Positions 39,079-53,141 of a DNA stretch of 64,000 bases are shown piece by piece (position 1 is the first letter of the stretch; every line of letters begins with the position of its first letter). A model generated the notes under the pieces. That model was not told where the DNA came from and did no database searches. It worked only from the letters and a program-made list of their open reading frames with translations. Both the position numbers and the translations under genes were made by a program. This stretch comes from Podarcis cretensis (lineage: Eukaryota): positions 51,584,001-51,648,000 of the forward strand of contig OX638154.1 in assembly GCA_951804945.1 (NCBI GenBank). Reading direction: 5' to 3'.

Positions 39079-42000
39079 AAACCATATATAAACATCATTA
39101 ATGTTATTCCCAAGTGTTATGTACACACTTCTCTATAATTCAGCATATCTCAATTTATATGCTCAGAATTCATTTTAAATCCAACTTTTTGTTCCAGTTT
39201 CATTAACATATATCATATTCTGCATCTATAAATAAAATTTCTAATTCCTTTAGGTTTCCATTCCATCCAGTTAAGCTTCCATAAAGCTATTTAAAAATCT
39301 ATCAGAATACTTCATCTAGCAAACAGCTTTTGAGTTGTCTTTCTTTCTTTCTTGTTTCAAAGCCACAACCACTAGCCTGTGGAAAACAGGCACTATTTTC
39401 ACACTATATTCCCAGATGTACATGTTTCCCAACACCCTTGTGAGAAAAAGGCATATGTGGAACAGCCCTTGACCAGGATTTTGCTTGGTCTCATCCCACG
39501 AGAAATGTCCCAAAGCTCAGACATTTAATGGGGAGAGATATGTTAGATGCTAAATATTCCAGTGGGATGTTCCAAGCCTTATAATTTGTTTGGCACTGAT
39601 AATTACATCTTAGTTTTTGTCCCCCTCCCAGCTTTACTTACAACTGTGTACTGTTCACCCATGCATTTAATTATTGCTCTACGATTGCTACCAGGTTATT
39701 TATTAAGGAGTTGTTTTATCTTGATATAGCAGCTCTTTTCTCCCCCCCCCTTAATGCTGTGTTATTTTCAGAAGTGAATGAATGCAAATTCCAGAGCTGC
39801 AGAGTCTGCCTCTCCCTTGCTTTGCTATTAGCGTGTCACCAGGCCGAACCGTGATAGGTCTTTGGCATTGCTCTGCTGTAATGATAGATCCTCTTTTATA
39901 TGGGGTTGTCAGCGCAAATAATTAGCTCTAAAAGTTATAGCTGAAATATAATCCAAAAATGGCTAGGCCCTGTTTTGGAAATTGTCTATAAAATGTCAGC
40001 ACTCAGGGATGTATTGGGAACATAAATAGTGAGGCATTGTTTGAACAGCAGTTTAGACTCTAAATGCATCTTTTTTTCCCTTCCAGTCTTCTCCCTCCTG
40101 CTGGTGATTCTGTCAATAGATTGTGAGGCCCTAGAAACTACCTTTCCATCAGGAGATATTGTTTAAAACAGTAATGACAAGTATGAGAAGGGGTGGAGGG
40201 GTTATTCAGATCTGATAATTTTCCCAGTTTGCCCACCTTCCAGAAGCAGTTGTGATAAAGCAGAGTAAGATAGAGCCATGGACACTGGACAATACAGGAG
40301 GAAGGATTGTTCAGTTTCCCAACAGCATTGCTTTTACCCCAGCGTTCCCACAAAGCCAGAAACAAAACCATACATGTAAGCTGACCCAGGTAGCAAACTT
40401 GTGCAGGTGTCAGGAAAATGAGATTTATATTATGGAAGAATTGAGAGAGGAGGCAGTTGTCTTTGGCATGAACAGCTTATTAAAGCAGTTTCGCTACCTG
40501 AAGGAGGGGATCAATTTGCATAGTCTCCCGCTCAAAATTAAGATATCTTGAATAAAATGTTTTGCGAAAGTCAAAATTATATTGCAATGATGGTTACTAC
40601 CTTGCCTTTGTTTCTGGATGGTTCTGGCATTTTGTCACAACTAAGAGTGCTAAAAGCTAAATCAAGACTCACAATGTTGAACTTTAATTAATACTCTAGA
40701 ATCTGGAAACAACTTTTGACAAAGATTAAAATCCCTAAGCACGTCATGGTCCGATGCAATACTTGCAGAAGATGAAGTGGGGTTTGTGTATGAGATTTTA
40801 AAGTCAGACTATGAAAAGAGTTGAAGCTTTACGAGTGACAAAAGCAAATTGCTTATTAAGGAATTTTAAAAAATAACACACCATTGATCCTACTGTCCAA
40901 AAGTGCTACTAACAATAACAACAACAGGAATTCATCTTTTACTGTAAATTAATTTTGGCTGGCTGGTGCCTTTCACTTTTAGTGTGACTCTAGCACTCCT
41001 TCTGTTATTATTTTCTAGTGGCCTTCTCTTAGCTCTGCTGCAGTAATCAATTAATAGTTGTTAAAACTGTCCAGCTTTTAGCAATTGCTTAGTGCCTGGA
41101 GTTTCCCATGATGGAAGTAGAAAAGTGATGGGAGGAGGACTTTTAGTGAGATTACCTCAGTGTTTTTATGAAATCCGAGAAGCAGCTGCTCTAATCTGAG
41201 CTAAACAGGTTGATTGATCCATGCACATTTATTCTGGATGCAAGGAAGGTGCACGCTAATGCATGCTAAATTATTAACACTTCTCTACCTCCCTTTGTGG
41301 TATTGCCTGCGTCTCCCCTCCCCACCTTCCAGAATGTGGAGCTGGTCTCTACTGGTGTGTTCTTATCACCTCCACTGCTGTGAGATGGCTCAGAATATGT
41401 CACTTACTTTCCACCTTGACTGCCAAATGATTGCCCTGCATGCTCCATTCCGTAGGGGAGCCTGGGGGATTTTCCTCTTTTGTGAGTCATATAGGATGCC
41501 ATGCTCTGGGATGAATAACAGTGAATTTCATGTTCGATAGTCTGCTGAAATAAACCTTGAACACCATTACCCATAGACCTTTACAATAGTTTTCCCCATG
41601 TGGTTTCTTCCAAAATCACCAAGTTGCTCACTTCTGCTTTATCTAAAAGGAGTTTACAGAAAACAAAACAAAAAAACTCTGACAAATTCTACTGAGAAAA
41701 GAAGTCATGATAGTGTGAATGATACTGGAAATATTTGGAAGGCATCCACTCTCGTTTGGTCCTTGTGATTTGCTTTGTAAATTGGAAGAGGATTTCTGCA
41801 GATTCCTGCAATTGGTGGGAATGGATCTGCCTTAATTATTGATTGTCATGCCAGAGGCAGGAGAAAGATTGGAGCCTAGTGGAAGCTAGAACCATATGTA
41901 TGCTTGGGGATGCTGTGTAAGCAACCTTCACTAGTTCTGCTCTGCCAGAATGTTCTAATGCTGATTGACAGCTGTGCTTCACATCCCACTGGACTCTGCC

Positions 42001-45000
42001 CACAAAGAAGCTGCCAATTACCCAGGAATGCTATACTGCTGCTAGGTTGGAATCCACCTCCTTTCTAACCTTCCCAGGCATTCTTTCTAGATTATAATCC
42101 AGCCTGGATTGACAGTAGCATCTCTAAGCCCATCTGTTCCTGTTTTATTGACATTTTAAGATCTCAGTGTGTAGTTTAATAGCCAAGGAAAGACTAGATA
42201 GAAGGGAGGTTGCCTCCCACTCGCTAGTAAGGCACACAACTGAGCCTCCATTGATCACCTTGCCTCTGTTCTTCCCCTCTACATAATGAGAACTACAGTT
42301 TGATTTGCAGCACATCTGAAGAGTATTTGCAACCAGACTGGAAGAGAGAAACCACCTAAGTGATGCTACAGAGGCAGGCACAGCATAAGGGCAACAAACA
42401 CTGGATACTGTCGGAGTCTTCACAGCCTTAGTGTGGGAGCTGTTCCTGCCACCACCCCTTCTGACCAACAGAAACAATCTATTCTGCTTGCACAGTGCAG
42501 TACTTAGGCAACGTATTGTGGCTGGAGGACAATTTGTTGAGGCTAGGTCATTAATAGGGCAACCTAGGGCAGGAAGAAGGCAAGCATTTTTTTGGAAATG
42601 AAACAGTGGAAACTGAGTGAAGAACTAAGGCAGCAGCCTCACTTTTGCACCTTTGTGCCCTGTAACCAATCTCGAACTGTTGCTGCATCAACATACCAAT
42701 AGGAAAGAAAAGGTTCATCAGCTTAGTGTCTGTGTTGGCCTTAGGGAGATGCATATCTCTGCTCAGTCATAAGAGTGACATTTGGCTGAGTCGTCTTGTG
42801 GAATCAGAAGTGCTCTGATTTCCGATCCTCTTTTTGAGTAACCTACCCCTGGGGAAGGGGCTTGCCTACAGCCTTTCTTTAAATCGGCTTGGTTTTGTGG
42901 GGGGATTGGAGGGGGGGAAGAGATTTTCATTGCCATTCATCCTGTGGCTAGGCTAGAAGAGACCCCTCTCTGATACATTGTCGAGTAACCTTTTCTCTTC
43001 CCCTGCCGCTAGAATAGTAAACAGCAGCTTTCAAAAAGGGCGAGAGGTTTTCTCGATAGCTCTTTGCTGAATGAACTAAAGCGCTTATCGGCAGATTCAC
43101 AAGCCGTGTTCTTTCTTCCCAAGCATGGTCTTGACAGGTCTTTTTACGGCCACAAAGGAGACAGCTGGGGACTGATGTCTGAGAGATATGTCATGGAATG
43201 CTGTTCTGGTGGAGATTCACTCTAATTCTAACCACTGCTCATGCATGCATCTGAAGGTGGCTTAGGTAATCGGAGGTAGTTGTAGGAGTATCTTGCTTGG
43301 TTCTCACTGGAGTGGATGGCAGAGGTGGTTTCTGCATGCTACTGAATTCTTTCAGCCCTTCTGCATGAATTCCTTCCAATCTCATTCCTGTGCCTCGTGC
43401 TTGCCTATCTGTGCATTTCAACCCTCCCACTCTTGTTTTTTGTCAAGATCTTATGTAGCAGCTTCTTTCCCATACCTGGCCTTTTTCATGTCTAGCGCAT
43501 GTCAAGTCAATTAATTATTGCCGTGCACGAGCCTGTTGTGTTACTACTCAAGCTTGCTTTTCTTTGAGACCAGTTTGGTTGGTGAGCGGGTGGGAAGTTG
43601 GTTGGTCCCTGGAATAAAACACAACAAATGAACAAACCTCTTCATGTACTGGCTCAATACCATGTTCATTGTGGGGGGGAGAACGAGTCCTGCCTCTTGC
43701 CGATCAGAACCAGGCTGCGTTGGACAACCACCCCATCATGTTGATCCATTGCCATGTCCATTCAGTACCAGGGTATTCTCATAACTCTGTTAGAGCGCTG
43801 ATTTGCTTTAATTTCTGTCTTGTTTGGGGGTGCACTCCCCTGTCAGGCAGGGAGCAAGCCTTTCACTGGTGACCATGCACACAATTATTGATCTGAGATT
43901 GAACAATTGATTAAAAGGAACAACCCACTAGATTATAGATTTAGACATTTGATAACATGCACATTATCATTATGGGAGGGCCCCTTTAAAAAAGCTGGTG
44001 AGGAGCTGATGAGCTCTGCTTTGTCACTGTTGACAGCATTGTCTAATTTATCCCCAAACCCTCACTCTGTTGTACATTCTAATGTGGGGGCTTCTGTGTT
44101 CAGTCTATTTCTGTGAGTCTGCTGGTTTGGGAATGAATCATCAAAGAGAGCTCAAGCGAAATTTGATTAGGGGAAGTGTCAGGCTGAGCCGAGTCTTGTC
44201 AGCCTGTCTGTCAGCAGCTGCCCCTTTTCTAACGAGATTTTGTGGTGCTGGAGATGACGCAGGAGGAGGCCCAGCATGAGGCAGTCCCAGTGGGCTTTAG
44301 CCCCTGAGCAGGTCTCTCCCATCTTGCTAACAAATAGTCCACCCCACTGCTTTCCAGCTAACCCTGTCCCTCTGCATTGCAGCTCTTCACTACTCTGCCA
44401 GCCCTGACTCTGTGGACTGGAGAGGCTGTGATATTAAATGTGTAGTGACATCTCCATTCCAGAAAAGCAGGCTTCCCAGAAGAGACACATTGCACCCTCC
44501 CTCCCACACTTTTAATTTTTTATTTTATTGTATGTATTTGAAATGAGTTTGCCCAGAGGAGACAAAGATCTACTATGTTCAGTTGTGTTCCTCTATCCCT
44601 CCTTAAATTGGCCCATAACACTGGCCTTAAAGAAGGGTCCTCATTTCTCAGTGTCATTTCCCTGACTGATGTGTGCACAGCAAACAGCTGGGGCACTTTA
44701 GCCGATCTAATGGTTTGTCTACAAAATAACCCAAGTGAGACTTTTATATGAATAGATGCTGTGTGATGAAATAAGGAGTGTTCTTTCTCCTGGAGCACAT
44801 TCCCAATGGGAGAGAGGACCCTGTCACCCAGGCCCTCTGCTGTCACTTGGATCTGATCTCCTGTCTATTAGGATGAAGCTCCTACCCAACAAGGTGTTCT
44901 GATCCGGCTGTGAGGTGCCCCAGGCTCACTGCTGAATCTTGCACAGGAACACTGTTTTAGCTAGCAGTAATGCATGCAGTAATTTAAAAATAAAACCCTG

Positions 45001-45442
45001 TAGCTGCCCCTGCAAGATAGGTTTGTCCTGCAGGTTGCTTTGCTGTGAAACCAACCAGTAGTAGCTTATTCCACCTTGCAGAGGTTCTGCACACCCTGTG
45101 GACAGGGAGTGAACATATTTTCTAATTAGTGGGTACATTTGAAACAAGGAGACATTTTAGTGTCCGTAATGTAACTTACTTGAGAGAACAATAATGGTGG
45201 CAGTCCTATAGTTGAGCTCCTGCCGAAAACACCAGTGGCTCAAAGGGAGAACCTTGGGTATGAAATTTGGCAGAGCAGTGAACAGCTCTTGTTCAGAATT
45301 CTTTTTTTCTTTTCTTCTTTTCTGGATTGATTTGCTACTACTTAGGAGAAATGTTGATCCTTCCCCCACCCCTTGGGTATGCAGCAAGTGAATATCAATG
45401 GTCTAGGCTGTGACCCTACTAGTTGTCTATTCCTTGTTTCAG

Positions 45443-45712
45443 TGCGGCGAGTGTCACCTCGATTTTCAATCCCTCCAAGTAACCATGAGGTGATGCCTGG
45501 AGGGAGCGTGAATCTCACATGTGTAGCAGTGGGGTCCCCAATGCCCTACGTGAAGTGGATTGTCGGAGACGTGGAGCTGACGAAAGAAGATGACATGCCA
45601 ATGGGCAGGAATGTTTTAGAGTTGACCAACATCACGCAGTCGGCCAACTACACCTGCGAAGCCATGTCCTCACTGGGGGTAATCCATGCAACAGCTCAGA
45701 TCACTGTCAAAG
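45443..45712 (+). CDS. PTPRF: PTPRF exon, Ig3 (270 nt)
   Basis: ttgtttcag|TGCGGCGA...GTCAAAG|gtaaga. Translates (V)[38 protein letters not shown]...[23 protein letters not shown]. Confidence 0.96.
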
Positions 45713-47002
45713 GTAAGAAGCTGCTCCATGGTATCTACCTCTGCATGGTACCAGGTAGCAGAATGGGGTGCACTTGTGACATAAGCCCTACTCAGTCATT
45801 ATTGGTGTGAATGGGGAACCTGAGTACAAAGATGCTGTGGAGCCTCACCATTAGCCCTGTCCCCATTGTTGCACAGGTCTTTCCAGCTTCTCACATGTTC
45901 ACGGCAAACATCTGTAGCAGGGAGTCTGCTGTACTTGTGTAGACTTTTAAGACATATCGCATGTGCCAACCCCACCCCCGTCTTTGTTACCCAACATTTA
46001 TCTCCCAGGGTTTTCTCATTTGTTTTCTTGTAAAATAGAGGTTTACTTACAGTGCATAAATGGAATGGCCAAACATCAGAATTATAGAGCAAGTCTCAGG
46101 GAGAAATAATAAGGCCTCTCCACTGTAATTCAAGAGCCCTGCCCAAGAGCTAATATTTGTTTGGTTAGTGCATGTATCTGGATGGTGTGAAATAGCATCC
46201 AGGACAGCACATCTCTGTCAGGTCACTTGAAAAAGCTTTGTGGGAGCACCTGTCTTTCAGTTCTGTTACCTTACTAAACATCCTATAACCTAATGTGATT
46301 TCAGTATTTACATTAATACAGCTCCAGAGGGTGATAATTATGGGAGTCAGGGAGTCTCTCAATCTTTTCTTCATGATCATAAATGTTTTCCTTGTGCCTA
46401 GCCAGTACATAGAAGGATCCCAAGATAGTAGAACACAGTACTGACCACAAATTTATCTTTTTTGGATAAATGGCTGATGTGATCAGTTGTGCTAGAGTAG
46501 TTCTGCTTTCTTGTTAATGCTCAGAACTTTCATAACAGGATTGGCTTCCTTAACATCCCACCACAAAAATATGCTTGCCACAAGTCTCTGCAGTCCACAT
46601 ATTCTTGCTCTTGCAGCAACAGTAGACATGGAACTACTTTTGCCCCTGGTATACTTTCCAAAAAGGCCATGAACCTGGCTTCCTAAAGTGTACCTCAGCT
46701 GAATAACCCTTTCTGCTTTAGAAAACCTGACTTGGTTCCTTGTTTAAATTACCTTTATTTAGCCAGCTGCCAGCAAGTGCTTTGAGCACATCTAATAACA
46801 TGATTGCTGTGTTTACTCTTCCATTAAGAAGCACTTCAAGCAATATATGGTAATGTGTAATATAAAAATGTACGTTCTTGACTATGAAATGATTTCTGCC
46901 TTTAAAGGAAAATGTTAGCAAGCATCTAAGCCTCCTTTATAGCTCTGCACATTACAGCATTTGCACTAATCAAATTACTGACATTGTGCTTTTTGCTTTC
47001 AG

Positions 47003-47584
47003 CTCTTCCAAAACCTCCAATGGAGCCATTAGTAACGGAGACGACAGCTACCAGTGTGACTCTCACCTGGGACTCAGGAAATGCTGACCCTATCTCCTAC
47101 TATGTCATCCAATATAAGTCCAAGTCATTAGAGGGCACTTTCCGAGAAGTAGATGGTGTGGCAACCACCCGCTATAGCATTGGTGGCCTAAGCCCCTTCT
47201 CAGAATATGAGTTCCGCATTATTGCTGTAAACAACATTGGCAGGAGTCCCCCTAGTGAGTTGGTGGATGCACGGACAGGAGAGCAAGCTCCATCAAGCCC
47301 ACCCCTCAAAGTGAAGGCACGGATGCTGAGTTCCAGCACCATGCTGGTCCAATGGGAACAACCTGAAGAGCCCAATGGGATGATCCGTGGCTATAGAGTG
47401 TACTACACCATTGACCCCCACCTACCACTCAGCAAGTGGCAGAAACACAACACTGATGATCATCATCTCACCACTGTAGGAAGTTTGATAAATGGGGCCA
47501 CCTATAGTATTCGTGTCTTGGCTTTCACCTCAGTAGGAGATGGACCCCCTTCTGATGCCATCCAGATAAAGGCCCAACAGGGTG
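47003..47584 (+). CDS. PTPRF: PTPRF exon, FN3 repeats 1 and 2 (582 nt)
   Basis: tttgctttcag|CTCTTCCA...CAGGGTG|gtatgt. Translates (A)[26 protein letters not shown]...[21 protein letters not shown]...[11 protein letters not shown]...[16 protein letters not shown]. Confidence 0.96.
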
Positions 47585-47972
47585 GTATGTATGTTTTGTG
47601 TGAGCTCTATTCCTTCTCTGTCCTACTGTTTCCAAGAGCTAATATTTTGAGCTGAGGTTGAGGTGTGATCCAGAGACTTTAGGGATTTGGTAGGCAATTT
47701 GTCCTTTTCAAATAGGTGTTCCAGCAGCACTCTGTTGCCAGCTTAGTTAACAGTTGACTTAAGCATAGTTGTGGATACTTTGGTTAATCACTAGTTTGAG
47801 AAAGAACATAGTTGTCTTTGTTTGAACCTGGAGCTTAGGAGAATGTGTTAAGATTGTGTTTATGACAATGCTATTGTTGAAGTGCATTGATGATTGGGCT
47901 TGCACCTTGAAATTGTCTAAAGCTGCTTTGGAGTCCCCTCCCACAACTGACTCTTGTTTTATTGGTTTCTAG

Positions 47973-48106
47973 TTCCATCTCAGCCAGCTGATTTCCAAGC
48001 TGAGGCAGAGTCTGACACACGGATCATGCTGACCTGGCAGCCAGCACCTCAAGAACGTGTCACCAAGTATGAGTTGGTGTATTGGGAAGAGACAGATGGG
48101 ATCCAG
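47973..48106 (+). CDS. PTPRF: PTPRF exon, FN3 repeat 3 first half (134 nt, phase 1/0)
   Basis: ggtttctag|TTCCATCT...ATCCAG|gtgagg. Translates (V)PSQPADFQAEAESDTRIMLTWQPAPQERVTKYELVYWEETDGIQ. Confidence 0.95.
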
Positions 48107-48797
48107 GTGAGGGACAACATGACCCATTGGTGGTTAAAGACCTATACCAAAGTAGCCTATGGGTATGGGGCACTTATTTTTATATCTGTTAGATTTAGGC
48201 CCAGTATGATTGTTGTGGGAAATGGCATTTGCATGACTAGATATTTGTGCATCTGTGAGAATTCTGCAATCCAAATCCAATTGGATTATGAACCTATACC
48301 AGAGTTTCACCTCCCTATGATAGCTGCAAGAGCTCCTGCTCCTGCAAGAGCAACAGTAAGTTTTGTTGGCAATCATATTGCCACATAATAGTTGGATCAG
48401 GTCCCAGAAGTTATCTGGCCTTGAACCATTAGGTGGTAGCTCTGAAGTGAAGACCTATCACAGCTTGTCTTCTATATATGCTAACTTACTCGCACTTATG
48501 TCAACACATACTTCATTAGCCAAAAGTTTGCAGTGTCTGGGAAATGAAAGTGATTTTTTTCTCATGGCTGTAATGAGAATGCACAACATCTGTGGGGAAG
48601 TGAAATAATCTCCTTTAAATAATGGCTTTCAGGGTTACATAGGATGAGCATAGATTGCTCTATTGCATGATTCCTAGTATGCAGTACAGGTAGGCATCCA
48701 CAGCCAAGAGTCCAATACTCAGGTGTCAATAGCTATGTTATTCCCTCCCTCCCCCCCAATCTGAGTAAAAGAAAAACTTGTCTCTTGCCTTTTCTAG

Positions 48798-48942
48798 CAT
48801 AAGGTGGACTTTGACCAGACCTCATCATATGCACTTGAAGGGCTCAAGCCGGACACACTCTACAAGTTCCAGCTGGCAGCCCGCTCTGAGCTGGGCCTAG
48901 GGGTCTATACCCCAGTTTTGGAAGCTCGAACAGCACAGTCCA
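48798..48942 (+). CDS. PTPRF: PTPRF exon, FN3 repeat 3 second half (145 nt, phase 0/1)
   Basis: ccttttctag|CATAAG...CAGTCCA|gtaagt. Translates HKVDFDQTSSYALEGLKPDTLYKFQLAARSELGLGVYTPVLEARTAQS. Confidence 0.95.
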
Positions 48943-51889
48943 GTAAGTGTCTCTGTTTGGTTGAGAGTGAGTGAGGGACAAAATCTTATTTTGTATGAGA
49001 GTTAATGGAGAGGTTGGAACCAGTAGCAAGAGAAATGTGGAGAGGACAGGCCAGCTGTGGCTCTGATGCAGGGGCCATTTGCCCAGGGTAAGTCTTGTCC
49101 CATTGTCCTTCAGTCCATGCTTTCCCCTTTCAACAGGTGGACTCACAGATATGCTGGGCAAAGGGAATAGGTGGGAGAAGCTGATGAGATTTATTCCCTG
49201 TATCTCTGTGAGTTTACTGGCACATCCTCTTCCCCATGCAATTCAGTTGTAGTGGGTGTTTGATATCTGCACCTCGTGCATGCACCTTCCTGCTGTGCAT
49301 GTACCTCATACCCCAGTTAGAGACACCATTGCTCGCCTTTTCCCTGCCCCTTCCAGACAATCATCTCTGTACAAGAGGAGCGATGCACACATTGCATTAC
49401 TGCTACACCGCAGGCATTTGCAAGCCTGGAAGAATTAACTTGAGGGGGTGGTGGGATCTTTGCAAGTAGATTGAATGATTAATAGCTTCTTAAGGGGATA
49501 TGTGCTGAGTGAGGTGTGTGGTGCATGTGGATGCTTGACTTTTATGGAGTGGAAGGAGGAAGAAGACTGCTGCGTGGGTTTTGCTCCAAGGCTTTGAAGG
49601 CTTGAGGCAAACAGTGAAGTAAGTCAGAAGGCCAGATAAAGAGGTGACCCAAGCTGGATCACTTTCATTCTCTTCTGAGCCCATGTGCTGGTGGAGTAGG
49701 AGACCAATGCACCTTTATTGGCAGCTCAAAGTGCTGCACATAAGCAGATTAAAGCTATCAAAGAGCTCTGAGATAAGCTTGTTTTCACTAACGATTTTGG
49801 GGCTTGCTTTTATGCAAAAAGCATTAAAGGGGGAAAGTGAGACATTTTCATTTGTGCCATCTGTCAAGGATTTAGTGGCTGTGTGGGGCAAGCAATAGAG
49901 GAGGCAGCAGCCGCCCTCTCTGTGTGGAGCCAGAGAGTGCCTGGGATGAATCAGGGTGGGGAAGAACTGCTCCACTTATGATTGGAATGACCTTTCCTCC
50001 TTTCATTAGCACATCAATCATAAGAATTCCAACAGTCCTGTTTAACTTGCTCTTTAGCTAATGGGATCTTGGTGCCAGGACGATTGGACAAAAATATATG
50101 AAACAATATTCAGAGGGAGGCATCATAAATATTTTACATTGGGGGACACAAACTGAATGTGGATACTATTAATTGTTCTGTTAGCAGCTACTGATGGAGC
50201 ATGTGTATTGATAGGCCATGATTGGGCACTTGCCCAGCCATCATACTAACAAGGCATAACAGACAAATATCAGAAGCAAATAGTAATGCAGATATCTCCA
50301 ACCTGTGACTCATGCATAGCTCTGTGTAGCTGGCCCATGTTAGGAGTCTGTGCAAAGAATTTAAAGTCCAGCAATTAAAGGAAGGCTAATCCTGATGTTG
50401 TGCAATTTTAGCCATTAATGGATTCTAGTCCACAGGTAAAGGAAGAAACCTCTCTTCACACCTCCCAGGTGAGGGGTGAAGGCATGTAGTTCCAAAGCAC
50501 GTTTCCCTGTGAAATGTAACATTTGGAGCATGAATTAAGTGGCTATGATCACTGGGAAACCTGTTCTAACAAACCTATTGGTAGGAATTCTAAAGCTTAC
50601 CTTTCCTTGAACAATGTCTGAAAACTGCTTTTTTTGCAGACCTGATGTGTTGTGAGAAACCTGTAGAATCCAAGTTTCTGCTAATTGATAGAAAAGTTAA
50701 GGGGATTGCATGCCTCAAGACCAATTTCTGTTGAACATTTTCCTCATCTAGTCTTGCTTTTTTGCCATCACAGATTGCATGTGGAGGTGGTGAAGCATCT
50801 GAGTTTAACATAGGGCCATATGCTGATTTAGCAAACTACCAAGCTATATTTCTAAAGTTTTCCCAGTAGCATACTAAATGGTCTCTGGGGACAGAAGCAA
50901 GGGAGATCTCTCTGACACAGAACTCCTATGATACTGATCCTCTTCCGCAATGTTTCATACTATAAAAAGATAGGTGCTCTGGCTCCATCCCTGGCTATAT
51001 CTCCTAGTTCCAGGTGTCTGTTCTTTAGCTTTTATGAAGGAATATAACTGCATATACTTCAGGCTAAACTACATATTACACTAGTCATATTCACCCATGT
51101 GTCATGTTAGCCATTAGTCCCTTCCTTATGGAAGGACAGCTTAGCAGTCGGAAATGGATAGAGTAGGAGTAGCCAACACCATGCCTTCCAGATGCTTTGG
51201 GCCCAAACTCACATCAACCCCAGCCAGCATGACCAATGGTCAGGGATTATTGGAGTTGTAGTCCACAACATACAGAGGAGACCACATTGGACAACAGTGC
51301 TTTACCTTTCAAGTTGTTTTCCCCACCCAACCCCAATGGAGTTCAAGGTTTGTGCTTGCAAGGTAAACACATTCAGTGAAACAGACAAGATGAAAACGGT
51401 GGAGTGGAGTTTGAGGGAAAGGCAGCTAACAAGGGAAGGATTAAGCAACTCAGGCAGGGCATGATTTTTGAGAACTTGGGATCCAAGGCTGCACCCTGGC
51501 TCAAATGAAAACTTGAAGCCATTTTTTTCTGTTTTAGAAGAATAGTTTGCAAAGGCAGATATGGGGAATCCTGACCTTAATTGTTGAACAGCCCAAATAA
51601 GATGCTCCTCTAATCACACATAGGATCTATGTCCTTTGATACATTATCTCTGGGGAAAATGCTGCCACTCCTAGCATTTTCTTGAGGATAATATCATGTT
51701 GAGAAGATCAGTCATCTGGTACTAAACATAGAAACATTGAAATTAGGTTACCCAGTGCTCATCACACAAGTAGCCTTTCTCATAAGCAAGATTTAGAGGC
51801 ACTTACATTTCCAGGGAGAATAGTGAGAATAGTGAATGGGTTCATTTTGCCTCTGAGAATATTTGTGTGTGTCATGGTTCAAAATGTGT

Positions 51890-51890
<1 letters not shown>

Positions 51891-51921
<31 letters not shown>
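51891..51921. repeat. (GT)n microsatellite
   Basis: Direct reading. Confidence 0.95.
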
Positions 51922-51924
<3 letters not shown>

Positions 51925-53141
51925 ACGTGCATGTTGGTGTGCATTTCTTTCTCATGTACTTTTCCCATGTATTTTGCTTGTGTTGCTGTGTTTTATTTTG
52001 TCCTCTGATGTTAAGCTGCAGCTTATTATTGGCACTATTCAGGTGTGACTCTTACCCAGCCATCAGTAGATGTGAGAAATCACTGTGTCTCATGTGTTGA
52101 TCCATTTATTATGCATGCTGATAGTTCTTCTGCTTCTAGTTGCTGAGAGCTTTGTCAAGTGAGGCCTGTTCTCCAAAATCTCCAAATTCATTAGTAAAAG
52201 GATTGTTTCCAGTTAATTTAGGCTCTCTTCTTGTCTGCTTCTCATACCCCATGTATCCTTCTTGGGTTATACCTATATTCACTTTGTCTACTTTCCTGCA
52301 TTGCCTTTCTTTCTTTACTCTCTACCTTTCAGGTCCACCTCAGCAGTGTTGTTTGTAGTACTTTTTTTACCTCTTTAGGAACCTTCCTCATAGCCTTAGG
52401 AGCCTCCAGTTCTGTGCCCTGCTCCCAAGTTTGGAGCAATATGTCAGATGCAAAGAATCCAATTCTCCAGGATTGATTGCTTGCCAGTTAGTGTACAGTC
52501 AGATTGTCCTCAGAAGATGTATAATCCAATAGCCTTCCTCAGCTTGAGCATCATCAGGTTATTCAAGGAACAAAACAACACTGTTCTTCCTTTTCTTCTT
52601 GGTTTCAATAATTTTCATACTTCAGATCCTTCCTTCTTGATTCCTGCTCTCCTATTCTCATCTGTTACTTATCCTATTGATCTCACATCTGTCTAAGTCT
52701 TGTACTTTCTAGTTCTCTCTTCTTTTTAGGCAACCTATACAGAGGAGGCTAGGGGAGAATTAGCTGTGGGGTCTCAGAGCGGGTCTCTTCATAAAAGGGG
52801 ATGGGGAGGGAACAGAAGGAAAATAATAGATCAGGCTCAATTCAAATTAAAGGCCAGGGGGAATAGCATATCTGCTTGCCAGATGGAATATCATCACTTC
52901 TACTCCCCCCCCCCACTGCACCCAGTTCTGGGGGTTCACCCAATCCCCCAGAGTAGTTGGTGGGGTGCACAGGTGAATGAGAGGGAATAGCCAAACGACT
53001 ATTCAATTGAATCGGGCCTAGTGGGTTTTGTTCTATGTTTATTGAGGCTGTGTTGGCTGGGTAAGAGCTCCCTGTAAATTATGTATTTTGCCCAATCATT
53101 TCCCCTCATCTCCCCACTTGCTTCATTTTATTTATCCCTAG

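Noticed and set aside
38392-39138. 248-aa + strand ORF
   Set aside because: It is the antisense shadow of the BovB ORF, not an independent gene.
43198-43254. Signal-peptide-like mini-ORF MLFWWRFTLILTTAHACI* as an alternative first exon for Ig3
   Set aside because: There is no GT donor in the required phase before the TGA; only very weak GC sites are available.
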